Assembly: GCA_002104905.1 (NCBI GenBank) | Contig: MCFE01000684.1 | Coordinates: 1-45,951, forward strand | From: Basidiobolus meristosporus CBS 931.73 | Taxonomy: Eukaryota; Fungi; Basidiobolomycota | Length of the DNA stretch: 45,951 nucleotides | Reading direction: 5' to 3' | Part shown: positions 39,989 to 45,951 of the stretch, in pieces | How the letters are laid out: every line of letters starts with the position of its first letter | Position numbering within the stretch: position 1 is the first letter of the stretch | Notes under the pieces: generated by a model | The model's input: only the letters and a program-made list of their open reading frames with translations | Database searches by the model: none | What the model was told of the DNA's origin: nothing | Made by a program: the position numbers and the translations under genes

Positions 39989-41876
39989 AGACAGTCACCA
40001 ACAGGTGAAATCTTTATTTCAGTTGAAACAAAGAAGCCAGCGCTACTGTTGTAGCTTTGATACAAGAGTGTGTAGCTGAGGGGAATTTGTAGGTAAGTTA
40101 ATAAGAAGTGATGATAGTTCTTCAGTGCTCAAGACACTGTTCAGTGGGAAGGGGGGTAGCAAGAGAGGTAAGAATGACTTGTGAACAACATTAATGAGGG
40201 GAATGTGATAAGGATTGATATTCATCATAAAGGGAGTGTGCTGCTGCAGATATTGCTGCCAAAGGTCTGTCAAGTACTTCAGGTAGGCCAGCTTGGGTTT
40301 TTCTGACTGCAGAATATAGTGAGCAAACTTCTTGACTTCAGGATCTCCAAGTATAGTTCTCCAGCAGGAGTCAGGTGTTGTGTGGTGTGTTCTCTTCCAG
40401 GCCTTAATCAGTGGGTTGTTGCAGTTGTGAAGTCTGAGGTATAATCTGGTTCTAAGGTAGAGAAGTCTGATCTTATAGGGCATAAACCCAAAAGCACCAA
40501 GAATAGCATGTCTGTAGGGGCATTGAGGCAAATGAGGCACCAAGGAGGTAATGCACCATACTGCAAACTTGTCAAGCTTAGTGCAGTCTCTAGAAGTAAG
40601 AGAGAGAAGTGGTAAGCCAAATTCCAGGACAGGGAAGACAAACTGCTTGAGTAGAAGGAGGCAGCTGGGAGCTGAAGTTGTAGGAGGAGTAACAGCCAGT
40701 AGCTTGTGGAGTGCCTGTCTTGCCAGGATAATTTGCTTCTTCAGGTGTGCTCCAGAGTCTAGTCCAGTAGGAAGGAAAGGAAAGCCAAGATATGTAGCAG
40801 AAACCTGAGCAGGTAGAGTGGAGTTCTCCAAGTTGATGGGAGAGCCCAAAGGTACTGTCTTTGCAATGGAAAGCTGGAGATTATTCTTCTGCAGATACTG
40901 GTGGATGGTCTGGGAGTCTTGTTGCACATTGGAGGAGGATATTCTGATGTCATCAGCAAAGAGAGTAACCAGGCAGTCAGCTGAGAGTCTTGGGAAATCA
41001 TTCAGGAAGATGGCAAACAGTATAGGACCAAGCACAGACCTTGAACCACTCCATTAGGAACTGAGAACACAGCTGATTGCTCACTTGGGTGCAGAATTCT
41101 TGCTTGTGGATCCAGAAACAGAGACCTGACAAGGAGGGTGAGAGAGGTACTGGAGAAGCATTGCAACTTGGACCAAAGCAGATTTCTGTCAACTGAATCA
41201 AAGGCCTTAGTAATATCAAACAGAACAGAGGGATACTTGCACTGGAGAGAGTGATCTTGGCTAAGTATGACTGCATATTCCAAGGAGAGGCCAGGAACAA
41301 AGCCAAACTGTGCAGGATGAAACTTGAGGGAGTCAGAGTAGAGCTCCTGAGCAAGCAGAAGCTCAAACACCTTTCTGCAGGTGGGCAGCAGAGATATTGG
41401 CCTGTAGGAGCTAGGATCCAGGTGCTTTCCTTTACCCTTGTACAGTGGCAGAACATTTGCAAAGGACCATTCCTCAGGAGTAGAAAGCTGGGCTGAGCAT
41501 TGCTGAAACAGTGGAAGCAGAAGTGCAGACATGGCCTTGGTACTAGTCTTCAGAAGCTCATAGGAGATTGTGTCCACACCTGGAGCAGTAGAGTTGGGAA
41601 GCCTCTTGAGCACATTATGGATTCTCTTTGATCAAGTGCAAGTGGGATGGGCAGAGTCTTGAAGTCAGGATGAAAGCCAGGAGTTGAGTACTGCTTTGTA
41701 GAGAAGAAGATGTTAGCCAGCTGTTCTGTTGAAGGTAACTTCCTGGAAGAGGGCTCATTGCCTGTAGAGTCTTGATACTGTTCTTGTTATAGAGTTGAAG
41801 ATTGCAGAGCAAGATCATAATGATCAGAGTGAGTATGCAGAGTGTGTGAATGCTGGAGTGTGTATGCTGTCAGAGG
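39979..41876 (-). mobile_element. LINE copy A: young, 5'-truncated (~1.9 kb), RT plus 3' end
   Basis: Nearly identical to 41880-43790. RT motifs YRPISLL, QFGF, FDITKAFDSV and FADDI are present, with single-base frameshifts at ~41038 and ~41626. Confidence 0.95.
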
Positions 41877-41939
41877 TTAGGGGGGAGACAGTCACCAACA
41901 GGTGAAATCTTTATTTCAGTTGAAACAAAGAAGCCAGCG

Positions 41940-44708
41940 CTACTGTTGTAGCTTTGATACAAGAGTGTGTAGCTGAGGGGAATTTGTAGGTAAGTTAATA
42001 AGAAGTGATGATAGTTCTTCAGTGCTCAAGACACTGTTCAGTGGGAAGGGGGGTAGCAAGAGAGGTAAGAATGACTTGTGAACAACATTAATGAGGGGAA
42101 TGTGATAAGGATTGATATTCATCATAAAGGGAGTGTGCTGCTGCAGATATTGCTGCCAAAGGTCTGTCAAGTACTTCAGGTAGGCCAGCTTGGGTTTTTC
42201 TGACTGCAGAATATAGTGAGCAAACTTCTTGACTTCAGGATCTCCAAGTATAGTTCTCCAGCAGGAGCCAGGTGTTGTGTGGTGTGTTCTCTTCCAGGCC
42301 TTAATCAGTGGGTTGTTGCAGTTGTGAAGTCTGAGGTATAATCTGGTTCTAAGGTAGAGAAGTCTGATCTTATAGGGCATAAACCCAAAAGCACCAAGAA
42401 TAGCATGTCTGTAGGGGCATTCAGGCAAATGAGGCACCAAGGAGGTAATGCACCATACTGCAAACTTGTCAAGCTTAGTGCAGTCTCTAGAAGTAAGAGA
42501 GAGAAGTGGTAAGCCAAATTCCAGGACAGGGAAGACAAACTGCTTGAGTAGAAGGAGGCAGCTGGGAGCTGAAGTTGTAGGAGGAGTAACAGCCAGTAGC
42601 TTGTGGAGTGCCTGTCTTGCCAGGATAATTCTCTTCTTCAGGTGTGCTCCAGAGTCTAGTCCAGTAGGAAGGAAAGGAAAGCCAAGATATGTAGCAGAAA
42701 CCTGAGCAGGTAGAGTGGAGTTCTCCAAGGTTGATGGGAGAGCCCAAAGGTACTGTCTTTGCAATGGAAAGCTGGAGATTATTCTTCTGCAGATACTGGT
42801 GGATGGTCTGGGAGTCTTGTTGCACATTGGAGGAGGATATTCTGATGTCATCAGCAAAGAGAGTAACCAGGCAGTCAGCTGAGAGTCTTGGGAAATCATT
42901 CAGGAAGATGGCAAACAGTATAGGACCAAGCACAGAGCCTTGAACCACTCCATTAGGAACTGAGAACACAGCTGATTGCTCACTTGGGTGCAGAATTCTT
43001 GCTTGTGGATCCAGAAACAGAGACCTGACAAGGAGGGTGAGAGAGGTACTGGAGAAGCATTGCAACTTGGACCAAAGCAGATTTCTGTCAACTGAATCAA
43101 AGGCCTTAGTAATATCAAACAGAACAGAGGGATACTTGCACTGGAGAGAGTGATCTTGGCTAAGTATGACTGCATATTCCAAGGAGAGGCCAGGAACAAA
43201 GCCAAACTGTGCAGGATGAAACTTGAGGGAGTCAGAGTAGAGCTCCTGAGCAAGCAGAAGCTCAAACACCTTTCTGCAGGTGGGCAGCAGAGATATTGGC
43301 CTGTAGGAGCTAGGATCCAGGTGCTTTCCTTTACCCTTGTACAGTGGCAGAACATTTGCAAAGGACCATTCCTCAGGAGTAGAAAGCTGGGCTGAGCATT
43401 GCTGAAACAGTGGAAGCAGAAGTGCAGACATGGCCTTGGTACTAGTCTTCAGAAGCTCATAGGAGATTGTGTCCACACCTGGAGCAGTAGAGTTGGGAAG
43501 CCTCTTGAGCACATTATGGATTCTCCTTTGATCAAGTGCAAGTGGGATGGGCAGAGTCTTGAAGTCAGGATGAAAGCCAGGAGTTGAGTACTGCTTTGTA
43601 GAGAAGAAGATGTTAGCCAGCTGTTCTGTTGAAGGTAACTTCCTGGAAGAGGGCCTCATTGCCCTGTAGAGTCTTGATACTGTTCTTGTTATAGAGTTGG
43701 AAGATTGCAGAGGCAAGAACTCATAATATGATCCCAGAGCTGAGTATGCAGAGTGTGGTGAATTGCCTTGGAGTGGTGTATTGCTGTCAGGAGGAGTTTC
43801 TCTGTTTTTGGGTTAGGGAAACTCAGGTAGCTTTGTTGCAGGGCTGAAACAATGGATTCCCATTTTCTTGAGGTAACAGCAGTAGTCTTGCATGGCAGTG
43901 AGAGGGAGGCAGACACCAGAATCAGATGCTTCACAAAGAGCCAGGCATAGTTGAGATCATCTGGCAGAGAAAGTAGCAAACTGGCAAGCTTCAAGTAGTT
44001 CCCAAAGTCTTTCTTCTGATTCTTGGTAGCTTTGTGGGTGAGCACAGTAAGTTTTGGCAGCTTCTTCTTCACAACTGGTTGCATAGAAAGGGACCAGGCT
44101 GGGTGGTCAGAGGCTCTCAAGGATCCTAGCTCAGCTCCAGAGAATTGCTTAACTTCATTCACAAAGTAGAGGGCAGCAGCAGAAGGGCAGATCCAGTCAA
44201 CACATCTTTTCTCAGATTGAGCACCTAGTGCTAGCAGATGGCTTTCTCTCAGGAAGTTCAGTAGGAATGTAGACCTTGGCTTCATTCTTGCAGTCAGAGT
44301 AGTCTTGTTCTCAGGATGGGGAATGTTGAGATCTCCAAGCAAGATAATAGGTGTTGATATAGATTGCTGGTATTGCTGAACTTTCTGGCATATAACTTGC
44401 ACTTCCTGAAGGGCAAGACTTGGAGGCAGATAGCAGAGCACCAGACTGATAGTTGGCAACTGGAGAGCAGCACAGTAAGGGGAGTAAAGAGGAACACAGA
44501 GCTGAGGAGTATTGATGGTAGAAGAGATGAAGCAGATAGAGGAGGTATTCTTTGTTCTAGGAGTAGAAAAGCAATATAGATTAGTCAAAAGTATAGAGGG
44601 TAGCTGGACATCAATCAAACACAGGAGGGAAAATCTTGAAAGAAGTCTCTCTAGAGTTGGTCTTGATGGCTGTATGCTGTTGCAGTTAAGCAACAGAACT
44701 TCAGGTAG
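41940..44708 (-). CDS. LINE ORF2 (APE endonuclease-reverse transcriptase), ~920 codons when frameshifts are repaired from sister copies
   Basis: Joined from ORFs 43689-44693, 42487-43716 and 41940-42899. The extra G at ~42730 is absent in copies A and D, and there is an indel cluster at 43640-43795. Confidence 0.85.
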
Positions 44709-45116
44709 TCAGGCAGAGGTTGTAGCTTCTTCAGAGGCAGCATTGACAATGTGACCTGCAGAGTCCCAGAGCTCTTCAAATGGTGCATCACTTAAGTCAG
44801 CAAGGAGGGAAATGGCATGATTCTTGAGGAAGTATGCCACATCATAGGAGGGGGCTTGTCTCTTGATGGCAGCAAAGAAAGACAGAATGGCAACATGGGC
44901 TGGAGGCTTGTTGAACAGTAGAGAGTCAGAGGATTCAGATTCTTCAGGCACTATCTTGAAGTCAGTTTTCAGCCAGTTAAGGTTCTTCTCCACAAAGGCA
45001 ACAAATGGGTCAGCAATGTTTTGGTCTAGGATAACCTCCAGAATCTTCCCTTTTCTCCAGGCCAGGTTGACAATTCTTGAGAGCTGAATATTGCATGCTT
45101 GAGTGCTTCTGATGTT
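44709..45116 (-). CDS. LINE ORF1, C-terminal part (no ATG; probably 5'-truncated)
   Basis: Open frame RIVNLAWRKGKILEVILDQNIADPFVAFVEKNL...EEATTSA*, in the same frame as ORF2. Confidence 0.6.
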   Translation of the reverse strand, partial: NIRSTQACNIQLSRIVNLAWRKGKILEVILDQNIADPFVAFVEKNLNWLKTDFKIVPEESESSDSLLFNKPPAHVAILSFFAAIKRQAPSYDVAYFLKNHAISLLADLSDAPFEELWDSAGHIVNAASEEATTSA

Positions 45117-45150
45117 GAATGGGAGTCAGGGAATGCTTCAGTACACACAG

Positions 45151-45169
45151 TAGGTAGGGTTAGGGGGGG
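45151..45169 (+). repeat. Telomere-like junction TAGG TAGGG TTAGGGGGGG
   Basis: Read directly between the 5' end of copy B and the 3' end of copy C. Confidence 0.85.
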
Positions 45170-45951
45170 AGACAGTCACCAACAGGTGAAATCTTTATTT
45201 CAGTTGAAACAAAGAAGCCAGCGCTACTGTTGTAGCTTTGATACAAGAGTGTGTAGCTGAGGGGAATTTGTAGGTAAGTTAATAAGAAGTGATGATAGTT
45301 CTTCAGTGCTCAAGACACTGTTCAGTGGGAAGGGGGGTAGCAAGAGAGGTAAGAATGACTTGTGAACAACATTAATGAGGGGAATGTGATAAGGATTGAT
45401 ATTCATCATAAAGGGAGTGTGCTGCTGCAGATATTGCTGCCAAAGGTCTGTCAAGTACTTCAGGTAGGCCAGCTTGGGTTTTTCTGACTGCAGAATATAT
45501 TGAGCAAACTTCTTGACTTCAGGATCTCCAAGTATAGTTCTCCAGCAGGAGCCAGGTGTTGTGTGGTGTGTTCTCTTCCAGGCCTTAATCAGTGGGTTGT
45601 TGCAGTTGTGAAGTCTGAGATATAATCTGGTTCTAAGGTAGAGAAGTCTGATCTTATAGGGCATAAACCCAAAAGCACCAAGAATAGCATGTCTGTAGGG
45701 GCATTCAGGCAAATGAGGCACCAAGGAGGTAATGCACCATACTGCAAACTTGTCAAGCTTAGTGCAGTCTCTAGAAGTAAGAGAGAGAAGTGGTAAGCCA
45801 AATTCCAGTACAGGGAAGACAAACTGCTTGAGTAGAAGAAGGCAGCTGGGAGCTGAAGTTGTAGGAGGAGTAACAGCCAGTAGCTTGTGGAGTGCCTGTC
45901 TTGCCAGGATAATTCTCTTCTTCAGGTGTGCTCCAGAGTCTAGTCCAGTAG
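45163..45951 (-). mobile_element. LINE copy C: young copy running off the window end
   Basis: Nearly identical to the 3' 0.8 kb of A and B, with a few private SNPs (e.g. ATATATTGAG, CCAGTACAGG). Confidence 0.95.

Larger units (their letters stand above)
41880..45150 (-). mobile_element. LINE copy B: longest copy (~3.27 kb), partial ORF1 + APE endonuclease + RT, no poly(A) tail
   Basis: APE motifs LLNCNS, YLPPS, GDLNIPH, VDWI and SDH; RT motifs 1-7; 54-nt 3' UTR ending in a C-run. Confidence 0.96.

Noticed and set aside
39972-40001. Listed ORF 38922-40001 suggests a LINE-integrase fusion protein starting MVTVSPPPTL
   Set aside because: The start is a GTG in the LINE 3' UTR reading through the C-run; this is a fortuitous frame join.

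Overview
Eukaryotic, intron-rich fungal DNA; an early-diverging lineage such as Basidiobolus is my inference, not shown by the sequence. The left ~31 kb is ordinary CpG-rich gene space: UBA1, a GNAT, samB/MUB1, ARG8, a secreted Pro/Tyr-rich protein, a Cti6-like PHD protein, a NUDT15-like Nudix hydrolase, TOP3 alpha, neutral ceramidase, an alpha-arrestin and an MFS transporter. At ~33.3 kb, three degenerate TTAGGG repeats mark a sharp switch into CpG-depleted, apparently subtelomeric DNA. That part is dominated by one APE+RT non-LTR retrotransposon family. It has five 3' ends in the window, all in the same orientation, with 3' ends facing the genes. None has a poly(A) tail; each is joined through a TA(G)5-10 / TTAGGG-like junction. 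The copies run head-to-tail and get younger towards the right. This looks like a fungal telomere-priming, chromosome-end-extending LINE, analogous to Drosophila HeT-A/TART/TAHRE arrays. The longest copy has only 1 CpG in ~3.27 kb, an in-frame TGA-CTA between ORF1 and ORF2, a conserved 3' stem-loop, and Asp in place of the usual catalytic Glu of the endonuclease. Interspersed are a solo LTR inserted exactly into one junction, a MITE, an inverted LTR pair, a G-tract minisatellite and a Ty3/Gypsy remnant cut and capped with telomere-like repeats.
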